A stretch of DNA of 64,000 bases from the NCBI RefSeq assembly GCF_054482595.1, contig NZ_CM137008.1; one strand, given 5' to 3'. The position numbers were made by a program, and so were the translations under genes. Under the pieces are notes generated by a model, which had not been told where the DNA came from, did not search any database, and was given only the letters and a program-made list of their open reading frames with translations. How positions within the stretch are numbered: the stretch's first letter is position 1; each line of letters starts with the position of its first letter. Positions 9,682-18,904 of the stretch are shown one piece after another.

Positions 9682-10679
9682 TGGAGCGTAAAGGAATTAT
9701 CGCCGCAGGCAATATGTTGGTTGACCACGTCCATCAGATTATCCAGTGGCCAGAGCGCGGCTGGCTGGCGGAGATCACCCACAGCGAACGCTCCACCGGC
9801 GGTGCGCCGCTTAACGTCCTGCTGACGCTGGCGAAAATGCGCACCGGGCTGCCGTTACAGGCGGTTGGGCTAATCGGTCAGGACAGCGACGGCGATTACA
9901 TCATGGCGATGCTTGAGCAATATCACGTCAATCGTCAGCATGTGCAGCGCACTACCTTTGCCCCGACGTCGATGTCGCAGGTGATGACAGACCCAAGCGG
10001 GCAGCGGACGTTTTTCCATTCGCCGGGTGCAAACAGACTTTTGGATCTTCCGGCGTTCGATCAGCTCGATAACACCATGAAGATTTTCCATCTCGGCTAT
10101 TTACTGTTGCTCGACAGCCTGGATATGCCGGACGATGTTTACGGCACCCGTAGCGCACGCCTGCTGGCGCAAATGCGTGATACTGGCTTTGAAACCTCAC
10201 TCGACCTGGTCTCCCGTAAGGGCGATCCGCGTTATCAGCCGCTGGTGCTGTCCGCGTTGCGCCATCTGGATTATCTGGTAATTAACGAACTGGAGGCCGG
10301 GGAGTTTAGCGGGCTGGAAATTCGGTTACCCAACGGCGAACCGCATATCGCGCATATTGCTGCCGCCGCGCGTGAACTGTTAGATGCGGGCGTGCGCCAG
10401 CGGGTGGTGATCCACTGCCCGGAAGGGGCGTGGGGAGAGACCCCAGAACAGGGCGGCGTGTGGATCCCTTCGCAAAAGTTAGAACAACGGGAAATTATCG
10501 GCAGCGTCGGCGCGGGCGATGCATTTTGTGCCGGATTTTTATATGGCTGCCATGAACGCTGGACGCTTACCGAGAGCATCAAACTGGCACACGCCTGCGC
10601 GCGGGCAAGCCTGTTATGCGCCAATGCCATCGACGGGGCGAAAACGCTGGAAGAGCTGCAAACAGAAATGTCGGATTAA
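9678..10679 (+). CDS. PfkB/ribokinase-family carbohydrate kinase
   Basis: 333 aa; C-terminal signature GSVGAGDAFCAGF and N-terminal TGGAPLNV; start overlaps the aldolase stop (ATGA). Confidence 0.8.
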   Translation: MMERKGIIAAGNMLVDHVHQIIQWPERGWLAEITHSERSTGGAPLNVLLTLAKMRTGLPLQAVGLIGQDSDGDYIMAMLEQYHVNRQHVQRTTFAPTSMSQVMTDPSGQRTFFHSPGANRLLDLPAFDQLDNTMKIFHLGYLLLLDSLDMPDDVYGTRSARLLAQMRDTGFETSLDLVSRKGDPRYQPLVLSALRHLDYLVINELEAGEFSGLEIRLPNGEPHIAHIAAAARELLDAGVRQRVVIHCPEGAWGETPEQGGVWIPSQKLEQREIIGSVGAGDAFCAGFLYGCHERWTLTESIKLAHACARASLLCANAIDGAKTLEELQTEMSD

Positions 10680-11383
10680 TGCACGTCGGCAGCGAAGACA
10701 TACCCCAGACCGCGCAGAGTTTTAATCAACATCGGCTGATGCGGGTTGAGTTCGATTTTGCGTCGTAAGCGCATGATTAATACGTCGATGGTGCGATCAA
10801 ACACCTCCACGCTGTCGCTGTGGGTGAACGCCAGCAACTGCTCGCGGCTCAATACCCGACGCGCGTTTTGCGCCAGAGCCAGTAACAAGCCATATTCGCC
10901 CTGAGTTAACTCGACATGTTGCTGAAGCGGATTGTGCAACTGGCAGCGCATGGTATCGAGATACCAGCCATTGAATGACAGCCCGGCGCTTTTCTCGTCA
11001 TTAACCGCCAGCGCACCAACCCGTCGCAACACCGCTTTCAGTCGTGCGACCACCACCCGCGGGGTGAACGGTTTGCAGATGTAATCATCCGCGCCCATTT
11101 CCAGCCCGACCACCACATCAGACTCACTGCCCATGCCGGTCAACATCACCACCGGCAATGTCGGACGCAGTTTCTGGATTTGCTGCAATACCCTCAGGCC
11201 GTTGGTATCGGGTAGCATCATATCCAGCACCACCAGCGCAATGTCAGGATCGCCCTCAATACGCAATATGGCCTCCTGTCCGGTATGGCAGACTGAAACC
11301 GTAAAGACATGTTCACTTAACACGTCCTGCAACAGTGCGCAGATAGCCGTGTCATCATCCACCACCAGCACGACGGGTTTCAT
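10676..11383 (-). CDS. OmpR/PhoB-family response regulator (receiver + winged-helix DNA-binding domain)
   Basis: Receiver motifs VLVVDDD and LDMMLPDTNG, winged-helix C-terminus (LRGLGYVF); start at ATG 11383 with GGAG SD (ORF track starts 18 nt upstream); stop codon overlaps the kinase stop. Confidence 0.85.
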   Translation of the reverse strand: MKPVVLVVDDDTAICALLQDVLSEHVFTVSVCHTGQEAILRIEGDPDIALVVLDMMLPDTNGLRVLQQIQKLRPTLPVVMLTGMGSESDVVVGLEMGADDYICKPFTPRVVVARLKAVLRRVGALAVNDEKSAGLSFNGWYLDTMRCQLHNPLQQHVELTQGEYGLLLALAQNARRVLSREQLLAFTHSDSVEVFDRTIDVLIMRLRRKIELNPHQPMLIKTLRGLGYVFAADVH

Positions 11384-11673
11384 GGTTACACTCCGCATCA
11401 TTCATCTGATTAATCATTGTGCGTACTTCTTGTCGAAGTGAAAGCTGAAAGTAATATAAATAATAAAAATATAAGTCAGGTCACATTATTGATGATAGTA
11501 ATAAATATGCCGTACTTTTCCCTCTTCAGCACAAATGCCTAATAAAATGGATCGTTCCGCTCACACTTCCACTTATTAAAGTCGCAATTTCCCAATTATG
11601 ATAACGCCAGCTTTAAATGACGTATTTTGCATGGATTACATATTTACGACATAAATGATAAATGGAGATTTAT

Positions 11674-13659
11674 ATGAATAACTCTCGGTTATTCCGTTTG
11701 AGCAGGATTGTTATTGCGTTAACCGCCGTCAGCGGCATGATGGTAAATACCGCTAACGCGAAAGAGGAAGCGAAAGCCGCCACTCAATATACCCAACAGG
11801 TTAATCAGAATTACGCCAAATCATTACCGTTTAGCGATCGTCAGGATTTTGACGATGCCCAGCGTGGATTTATCGCCCCGCTGCTGGATGAAGGTATTCT
11901 GCGTGATGCGAACGGTAAAGTTTACTACCGCGCAGACGATTACAAATTTGATATTAATGCCGCTGCGCCGGAAACCGTAAACCCCAGCCTGTGGCGTCAG
12001 TCGCAGATCAACGGCATATCTGGCCTGTTCAAAGTCACCGATAAAATGTATCAGGTGCGCGGCCAGGATATCTCTAACATTACGTTCGTTGAGGGCGAGA
12101 AAGGCATTATTGTCATCGACCCGCTGGTGACGCCGCCTGCCGCAAAAGCCGCACTTGACCTTTACTTCCAGCATCGTCCGCAAAAACCGATTGTTGCCGT
12201 TATTTACACTCACAGCCACACTGACCACTATGGTGGCGTGAAAGGTATTATCTCTGAAGCCGATGTTAAATCCGGCAAAGTTCAGGTGATTGCCCCTGCT
12301 GGCTTTATGGACGAAGCCATCAGCGAAAACGTGCTGGCGGGTAACATCATGAGCCGCCGTGCGCTCTACTCTTACGGTCTGTTACTGCCGCACAACGCGC
12401 AAGGCAACGTGGGTAATGGCCTTGGCGTGACGCTGGCAACCGGCGACCCGAGCATTATTGCGCCAACCAAAACTATCGTCAGAACTGGCGAGAAGATGAT
12501 TATCGACGGCCTGGAGTTTGACTTCCTGATGACCCCAGGCAGCGAAGCCCCAGCCGAAATGCACTTCTATATTCCGGCCCTGAAAGCCCTGTGTACCGCC
12601 GAGAACGCCACGCATACCCTGCACAACTTCTACACTCTGCGCGGCGCGAAAACCCGCGATACCAGCAAGTGGACAGAGTACCTGAACGAAACGCTGGATA
12701 TGTGGGGTAACGACGCGGAAGTACTGTTTATGCCGCACACCTGGCCGGTCTGGGGCAATAAGCATATCAATGATTATATTGGTAAATATCGCGATACCAT
12801 CAAGTATATTCACGATCAAACCCTGCATCTGGCGAACCAGGGCTACACCATGAATGAAATCGGCGACATGATTAAGCTGCCGCCTGCGCTTGCCAATAAC
12901 TGGGCCAGCCGCGGTTATTACGGTTCTGTCAGCCACAACGCCCGCGCGGTGTATAACTTCTATCTTGGCTATTACGACGGTAACCCGGCTAACCTGCATC
13001 CGTATGGTCAGGTAGAGATGGGCAAACGTTACGTGAAAGCGCTGGGCGGTTCTGCCCGTGTCATCAACCTGGCGCAAGAAGCGAACAAGCAAGGTGATTA
13101 CCGCTGGTCGGCAGAACTGCTGAAACAGGTGATTGCCGCCAACCCGGGTGACCAGGTCGCGAAGAATCTGCAAGCGAATAACTTTGAACAGCTGGGCTAT
13201 CAGGCCGAGTCCGCCACATGGCGCGGTTTCTACCTGACCGGCGCGAAAGAGCTGCGCGAAGGGGTGCATAAGTTCAGCCACGGCACCACCGGTTCCCCGG
13301 ACACCATTCGCGGAATGTCGGTCGAAATGCTGTTCGACTTTATGTCCGTTCGCCTCGATAGCGAAAAAGCCGCGGGTAAAAATATCAGCCTGAACTTCAA
13401 TATGAGCAACGGCGATAACCTCAACCTGACGCTGAACGATAGCGTGCTTAACTACCGTAAAACGCTGCAATCCCAAGCTGACGCCTCTTTCTACATCAGT
13501 CGTGAAGATCTGCACGCCGTGCTGACCGGACAAGCCAAAATGGCGGATCTGGTAAAAGCGAAGAAAGCCAAAATTATTGGCAATGGTGCGAAACTGGAAG
13601 AAATTATTGCCTGTCTGGATAATTTCGATTTGTGGGTAAATATCGTAACCCCAAATTAA
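11674..13659 (+). CDS. yjcS: Alkyl/aryl sulfatase, metallo-beta-lactamase fold, secreted
   Basis: 661 aa from ATG 11674 (GGAG SD); signal peptide; MBL motif HSHTDHYGG; K-12 synteny next to ytcA-mdtNOP. Confidence 0.85.
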   Translation: MNNSRLFRLSRIVIALTAVSGMMVNTANAKEEAKAATQYTQQVNQNYAKSLPFSDRQDFDDAQRGFIAPLLDEGILRDANGKVYYRADDYKFDINAAAPETVNPSLWRQSQINGISGLFKVTDKMYQVRGQDISNITFVEGEKGIIVIDPLVTPPAAKAALDLYFQHRPQKPIVAVIYTHSHTDHYGGVKGIISEADVKSGKVQVIAPAGFMDEAISENVLAGNIMSRRALYSYGLLLPHNAQGNVGNGLGVTLATGDPSIIAPTKTIVRTGEKMIIDGLEFDFLMTPGSEAPAEMHFYIPALKALCTAENATHTLHNFYTLRGAKTRDTSKWTEYLNETLDMWGNDAEVLFMPHTWPVWGNKHINDYIGKYRDTIKYIHDQTLHLANQGYTMNEIGDMIKLPPALANNWASRGYYGSVSHNARAVYNFYLGYYDGNPANLHPYGQVEMGKRYVKALGGSARVINLAQEANKQGDYRWSAELLKQVIAANPGDQVAKNLQANNFEQLGYQAESATWRGFYLTGAKELREGVHKFSHGTTGSPDTIRGMSVEMLFDFMSVRLDSEKAAGKNISLNFNMSNGDNLNLTLNDSVLNYRKTLQSQADASFYISREDLHAVLTGQAKMADLVKAKKAKIIGNGAKLEEIIACLDNFDLWVNIVTPN

Positions 13660-13667
13660 TGCCACTC

Positions 13668-13700
13668 ACTTTTGGGGGCGCTTAAGCCCCCAAAAGCATT
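13668..13700 (+). terminator. Stem-loop terminator downstream of yjcS
   Basis: tttgggggc / gcccccaaa stem with gcttaa loop, 10 nt after the stop. Confidence 0.5.
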
Positions 13701-13867
13701 TACTTTAAAAATATATGCAGCCAATTAATAAATAAAACATATAAGTTATGAATGCGGTGGCTGAATAAAGCTATTTTTATTCATCAAGAAAATAGCCATA
13801 CTGACGCCTTCAATGGATAGTGATATTCACTACAGATATTGTTCGCAGCAGACAGGATGTATTTAAT

Positions 13868-14143
13868 ATGCCAACAGTTCTCTCTCGCATGGCGATGCAA
13901 CTCAAAAAAACAGCCTGGATAATTCCCGTCTTCATGGTTTCGGGATGTTCATTATCTCCGGCAATCCCGGTGATCGGCGCTTATTATCCCAGCTGGTTTT
14001 TCTGCGCCATTGCCAGCCTTATATTGACGCTCATCACGAGGCGAGTTATTCAGCGGGCAAATATCAAGCTGGCATTTGTCGGAATTATTTATACCGCCCT
14101 TTTTGCTCTCTACGCCATGCTGTTCTGGCTGGCATTTTTCTAA
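13868..14143 (+). CDS. ytcA: Small lipoprotein/membrane protein
   Basis: 91 aa from ATG 13868; lipobox-like VSGCS; immediately upstream of mdtN. Confidence 0.7.
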   Translation: MPTVLSRMAMQLKKTAWIIPVFMVSGCSLSPAIPVIGAYYPSWFFCAIASLILTLITRRVIQRANIKLAFVGIIYTALFALYAMLFWLAFF

Positions 14144-14161
14144 TCTATTTGAGACGCGCTC

Positions 14162-15193
14162 ATGGAAAGTATGCCGAAAAAAGCTCCTCGCAGTAAATTC
14201 CCTGCTCTGTTAGTGGTTGCGTTGGCGCTGGTTGCCCTTGTTTTCGTTATCTGGCGCGTAGACAGTGCGCCATCAACTAATGACGCTTACGCGTCAGCAG
14301 ATACCATTGATGTGGTGCCGGAAGTCAGCGGTCGCATTGTAGAACTGGCGGTCACCGACAACCAAGCGGTGAAGCAGGGCGATTTGCTGTTCCGCATTGA
14401 CCCGCGCCCGTACGAAGCCAATCTGGCGAAAGCCGAAGCCTCCCTCGCGGCACTGGATAAGCAAATTATGCTCACCCAGCGTAGCGTTGACGCGCAACAG
14501 TTTGGTGCCGACTCGGTTAACGCCACGGTAGAAAAAGCCCGTGCCGCCGCTAAACAGGCCACAGATACATTACGCCGCACCGAGCCATTACTGAAAGAAG
14601 GTTTTGTCTCAGCGGAAGACGTTGACCGTGCGAGGACCGCGCAGCGCGCTGCAGAAGCGGATCTTAATGCCGTATTGTTACAGGCGCAGTCAGCCGCCAG
14701 CGCCGTCAGCGGCGTCGATGCGCTGGTGGCGCAACGTGCGGCGGTCGAAGCGGATATTGCCCTGACCAAACTGCATCTGGAAATGGCGACCGTTCGCGCA
14801 CCGTTTGATGGCCGGGTCATTTCCCTCAAAACCTCCGTCGGGCAATTTGCTTCTGCCATGCGCCCTATTTTTACCCTAATCGACACTCGTCACTGGTACG
14901 TGATCGCCAACTTCCGCGAAACCGATCTGAAAAATATTCGCTCAGGTACACCCGCAACGATTCGCCTGATGAGTGACAGCGGCAAAACTTTCGAGGGTAA
15001 AGTGGATTCGATTGGCTACGGCGTGCTACCGGATGACGGCGGCCTGGTGCTGGGCGGCCTGCCAAAAGTGTCTCGCTCTATTAACTGGGTCCGCGTTGCC
15101 CAGCGTTTTCCGGTCAAAATCATGGTCGATAAACCTGACCCGGAAATGTTCCGCATCGGCGCTTCGGCAGTCGCTAATCTTGAGCCGCAATAA
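14162..15193 (+). CDS. mdtN: Multidrug efflux membrane fusion protein (HlyD family)
   Basis: 343 aa with N-terminal TM anchor and coiled-coil region; first gene of mdtNOP. Confidence 0.85.
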   Translation: MESMPKKAPRSKFPALLVVALALVALVFVIWRVDSAPSTNDAYASADTIDVVPEVSGRIVELAVTDNQAVKQGDLLFRIDPRPYEANLAKAEASLAALDKQIMLTQRSVDAQQFGADSVNATVEKARAAAKQATDTLRRTEPLLKEGFVSAEDVDRARTAQRAAEADLNAVLLQAQSAASAVSGVDALVAQRAAVEADIALTKLHLEMATVRAPFDGRVISLKTSVGQFASAMRPIFTLIDTRHWYVIANFRETDLKNIRSGTPATIRLMSDSGKTFEGKVDSIGYGVLPDDGGLVLGGLPKVSRSINWVRVAQRFPVKIMVDKPDPEMFRIGASAVANLEPQ

Positions 15194-17244
15194 TGAGCGC
15201 GCTCAACTCCCTGCCATTACCGGTGGTCAGGCTGCTGGCGTTCTTTCATGAAGAGTTAAGCGAGCGGCGACCAGGTCGCGTGCCGCAGACCGTGCAACTC
15301 TGGGTAGGCTGCCTGCTGGTGATTCTGATCTCGATGACTTTTGAGATCCCTTTTGTGGCGTTATCGCTGGCAGTGCTGTTTTACGGTATTCAGTCGAACG
15401 CGTTTTACACCAAATTTGTCGCGATCTTGTTTGTGGTTGCCACGGTGCTGGAGATCGGCAGCCTGTTTTTGATCTACAAATGGTCATACGGCGAACCGTT
15501 GATCCGCTTGATCATCGCCGGACCGATCCTGATGGGCTGCATGTTTTTGATGCGCACCCATCGCTTGGGGCTGGTCTTTTTCGCCGTCGCCATTGTCGCT
15601 ATTTACGGGCAAACCTTCCCCGCCATGCTCGACTATCCGGAAGTGGTCGTGCGCTTAACGCTGTGGTGTATCGTTGTTGGCCTCTATCCAACCTTGCTGA
15701 TGACGTTAATCGGCGTGCTGTGGTTTCCCAGTCGTGCCATTTCGCAAATGCATCAGGTGCTTAATGATCGGCTTGATGATGCCATTAGCCACCTGACGGA
15801 CAGCCTCGCACCGCTACCCGAAACGCGGATTGAAAGAGAGGCGCTGGCGCTGCAAAAACTCAATGTCTTTTGCCTCGCGGACGATGCCAACTGGCGAACC
15901 CAGAGTGCATGGTGGCAAAGCTGCGTGGCAACGGTAACCTACATTTACTCGACGCTGAATCGCTACGATCCCACCTCTTTTGCTGATTCTCAGGCAATTA
16001 TTGAATTCCGACAAAAATTAGCTTCAGAAATCAACAAGCTGCAGCATGCCATTACCGAAGGTCAGTGCTGGCAAAGCGACTGGCGGATCAGTGAAAGTGA
16101 AGCGATGGCGGCACGGGAATGTAACCTGGAGAATATCTGCCAGACACTGTTACAGCTTGGTCAGATAGACCCGAATACGCCGCCAACGCCCGCAGCCAAA
16201 CCGCCATCAATGGCCGCCGATGCTTTTACCAATCCAGACTATATGCGCTACGCGGTAAAAACGCTGCTCGCCTGTTTGATCTGTTACACCTTCTACAGCG
16301 GCGTGGACTGGGAAGGCATTCACACCTGTATGCTGACCTGCGTGATCGTCGCTAATCCGAATGTCGGTTCATCGTACCAGAAGATGGTGCTGCGTTTTGG
16401 CGGGGCCTTTTGCGGCGCGATTCTGGCGCTGTTATTCACGCTACTGGTCATGCCCTGGCTGGACAATATTGTCGAATTGCTGTTTGTGCTGGCACCGATT
16501 TTCCTGTTGGGCGCATGGATTGCCACCAGCTCTGAACGCTCTTCTTATATCGGCACACAGATGGTGGTTACCTTCGCGCTCGCCACGCTCGAAAACGTTT
16601 TTGGCCCGGTGTACGACCTGGTGGAAATTCGCGATCGCGCCCTGGGTATCATCATTGGTACCGTGGTGTCCGCGGTGATTTACACCTTTGTCTGGCCTGA
16701 AAGTGAAGCGCGCACGCTGCCGCAAAAACTGGCTGTCGCGCTGGGTATGTTAAGTAAAGTAATGCGGATCCCACGCCAGCAGGAAGTCACGGCTCTGCGC
16801 ACTTATCTGCAAATTCGTATAGGTCTGCATGCGGCGTTTAATGCCTGTGAAGAGATGTGCCAACGCGTGGCGCTGGAGCGTCAACTGGACAGCGAAGAAC
16901 GCGCCTTACTGATTGAACGTTCGCAAACGGTTATTCGTCAGGGCCGCGATCTTCTTCACGCCTGGGATGCCACCTGGAACTCGGCGCAGGCGCTGGATAA
17001 CGCACTACAGCCGGACAGAGCAGGTCAGTTTGCCGACGCTCTGGAAAAATACGCTGCCGGTCTGGCAACCGCACTCAGCCGTTCTCCTCAAATAACGCTT
17101 GAAGAGACACCCGCCTCGCAGGCCATCCTGCCCACCTTATTAAAACAGGAGCAACACGTCTGCCAGCTTTTCGCCCGCTTGCCAGACTGGACAGCCCCGG
17201 CATTAACGCCCGCCACGGAACAGGCACAAGGAGCCACACAATGA
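15193..17244 (+). CDS. mdtO: Multidrug efflux inner-membrane component (FUSC-like)
   Basis: 683 aa multi-TM ORF; start overlaps mdtN stop. Confidence 0.85.
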   Translation: MSALNSLPLPVVRLLAFFHEELSERRPGRVPQTVQLWVGCLLVILISMTFEIPFVALSLAVLFYGIQSNAFYTKFVAILFVVATVLEIGSLFLIYKWSYGEPLIRLIIAGPILMGCMFLMRTHRLGLVFFAVAIVAIYGQTFPAMLDYPEVVVRLTLWCIVVGLYPTLLMTLIGVLWFPSRAISQMHQVLNDRLDDAISHLTDSLAPLPETRIEREALALQKLNVFCLADDANWRTQSAWWQSCVATVTYIYSTLNRYDPTSFADSQAIIEFRQKLASEINKLQHAITEGQCWQSDWRISESEAMAARECNLENICQTLLQLGQIDPNTPPTPAAKPPSMAADAFTNPDYMRYAVKTLLACLICYTFYSGVDWEGIHTCMLTCVIVANPNVGSSYQKMVLRFGGAFCGAILALLFTLLVMPWLDNIVELLFVLAPIFLLGAWIATSSERSSYIGTQMVVTFALATLENVFGPVYDLVEIRDRALGIIIGTVVSAVIYTFVWPESEARTLPQKLAVALGMLSKVMRIPRQQEVTALRTYLQIRIGLHAAFNACEEMCQRVALERQLDSEERALLIERSQTVIRQGRDLLHAWDATWNSAQALDNALQPDRAGQFADALEKYAAGLATALSRSPQITLEETPASQAILPTLLKQEQHVCQLFARLPDWTAPALTPATEQAQGATQ

Positions 17245-18707
17245 TCAATCGTCAACTTTCACGTCTGCTGTTGTGCAGCATTCTCGGCAGCACGACGCTG
17301 ATTTCCGGCTGTGCCCTGGTACGCAAGGATTCTGCGCCTCATCAACAGCTCAAACCGGAACAAATCAAACTGGCCGATGATATTCATCTTGCCAGCTCCG
17401 GCTGGCCGCAGGCGCAGTGGTGGAAACAACTCAATGACCCGCAGCTGGATGCGCTGATCCAACGGACGCTAAGTGGTTCACACACCCTCGCCGAAGCGAA
17501 ACTGCGGGAAGAAAAAGCGCAGTCCCAGGCCGATTTGTTAGATGCCGGTTCACAATTACAGGTCGCAGCGTTAGGGATGCTCAACCGCCAACGCGTCTCG
17601 GCGAACGGCTTTTTAAGCCCTTATGCGATGGATGCGCCAGCACTGGGTATGGACGGGCCGTACTATACGGAAGCCACAGTAGGTTTGTTTGCCGGACTGG
17701 ATCTTGATTTGTGGGGTGTGCATCGCTCAGCGGTTGCCGCCGCCATTGGCGCGCATAATGCCGCGCTGGCAGAAACCGCAGCAGTAGAGCTATCGCTGAC
17801 CACGGGCGTAGCGCAGCTTTATTACAGTATGCAGGCCAGCTATCAGATGCTCGATCTGTTAGAACAAACTCGCGATGTGATTGATTACGCGGTGAAAGCG
17901 CACCAGAGTAAAGTGGCGCAAGGTCTGGAAGCGCAAGTGCCTTTCCACGGCGCGCGGGCACAGATTCTGGCGGTCGATAAACAAATTGCTGCCGTCAAAG
18001 GGCAAATCACCGAAACGCGAGAATCTCTGCGTGCATTGATTGGCGCGGGAGCCAGCGATATGCCGGAGATCAAACCTGTAGCATTACCACGAGTTCAGAC
18101 CGGCATTCCGGCGACACTCTCTTATGAGTTGCTCGCCAGACGCCCGGATCTGCAAGCCATGCGCTGGTATGTTCAGGCGTCATTAGATCAGGTGGATTCC
18201 GCGCGGGCGTTGTTCTACCCGAGCTTTGATATCAAAGCGTTTTTCGGCCTTGATGCCATCCACCTGGATACCTTATTCAAAAAAACCAGTCGCCAGTTCA
18301 ACTTTATCCCGGGTCTGAAATTGCCGCTGTTTGACGGTGGACGGTTGAATGCCAATCTCGAAGGCACGCGCGCCACCAGCAACATGATGATTGAACGTTA
18401 CAACCAGTCAGTACTGAACGCGGTGCGTGACGTTGCCGTCAACGGCACGCGTCTGCAAACGCTCAACGACGAGCGAGAAATGCAGGCTGAACGCGTGGAA
18501 GCCACGCGCTTCACCCAGCGCGCTGCCGAGGCCGCCTATCAGCGCGGCTTAACCAGCCGCTTACAGGCCACTGAAGCCCGGTTGCCAGTACTTGCCGAAG
18601 AGATGTCATTACTGATGCTGGACAGCCGCCGGGTGATCCAAAGCATTCAGTTGATGAAATCGCTGGGCGGCGGGTATCAGGCGGCTCCCGTCGTCGAGAA
18701 AAAATAA
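17241..18707 (+). CDS. mdtP: Outer-membrane efflux factor (TolC-like lipoprotein)
   Basis: 488 aa; lipobox LISGCAL; start overlaps mdtO stop. Confidence 0.85.
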   Translation: MINRQLSRLLLCSILGSTTLISGCALVRKDSAPHQQLKPEQIKLADDIHLASSGWPQAQWWKQLNDPQLDALIQRTLSGSHTLAEAKLREEKAQSQADLLDAGSQLQVAALGMLNRQRVSANGFLSPYAMDAPALGMDGPYYTEATVGLFAGLDLDLWGVHRSAVAAAIGAHNAALAETAAVELSLTTGVAQLYYSMQASYQMLDLLEQTRDVIDYAVKAHQSKVAQGLEAQVPFHGARAQILAVDKQIAAVKGQITETRESLRALIGAGASDMPEIKPVALPRVQTGIPATLSYELLARRPDLQAMRWYVQASLDQVDSARALFYPSFDIKAFFGLDAIHLDTLFKKTSRQFNFIPGLKLPLFDGGRLNANLEGTRATSNMMIERYNQSVLNAVRDVAVNGTRLQTLNDEREMQAERVEATRFTQRAAEAAYQRGLTSRLQATEARLPVLAEEMSLLMLDSRRVIQSIQLMKSLGGGYQAAPVVEKK

Positions 18708-18836
18708 AATGTCTGCCGCGTGATGGCTGTCACGCGGTATTTCGTTTCGTCACGTCAAAACTGACGACAGCCTGTTTTTCGTCAGAGTTTTGAATAAATA
18801 GTGCCCGTAATATCAGGGAATGACCCCAAATAAAAT

Positions 18837-18853
18837 GTGGCATAAAAGATGCA
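18837..18853 (+). promoter_or_regulatory. Sigma-54 (-24/-12) promoter of fdhF
   Basis: TGGCAT-N6-TGCA with canonical GG-to-GC spacing, ~50 nt upstream of the fdhF ATG; upstream gtcacg/cgtcaaaa/tgacgac repeats (18745-18790) fit the FhlA UAS known for fdhF. Confidence 0.5.
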
Positions 18854-18904
18854 TACTGTAGTCGAGAGCGCGTATGCGTGATTTGATTAACTGGAGCGAG
18901 ACCG

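Noticed and set aside
11384-11673. Right island junction as a possible att site or remnant mobile-element end
   Set aside because: The 290-bp AT-rich interval has no inverted or direct repeats matching the left junction and no integrase nearby; it looks like an ordinary divergent promoter region for the response regulator and yjcS.
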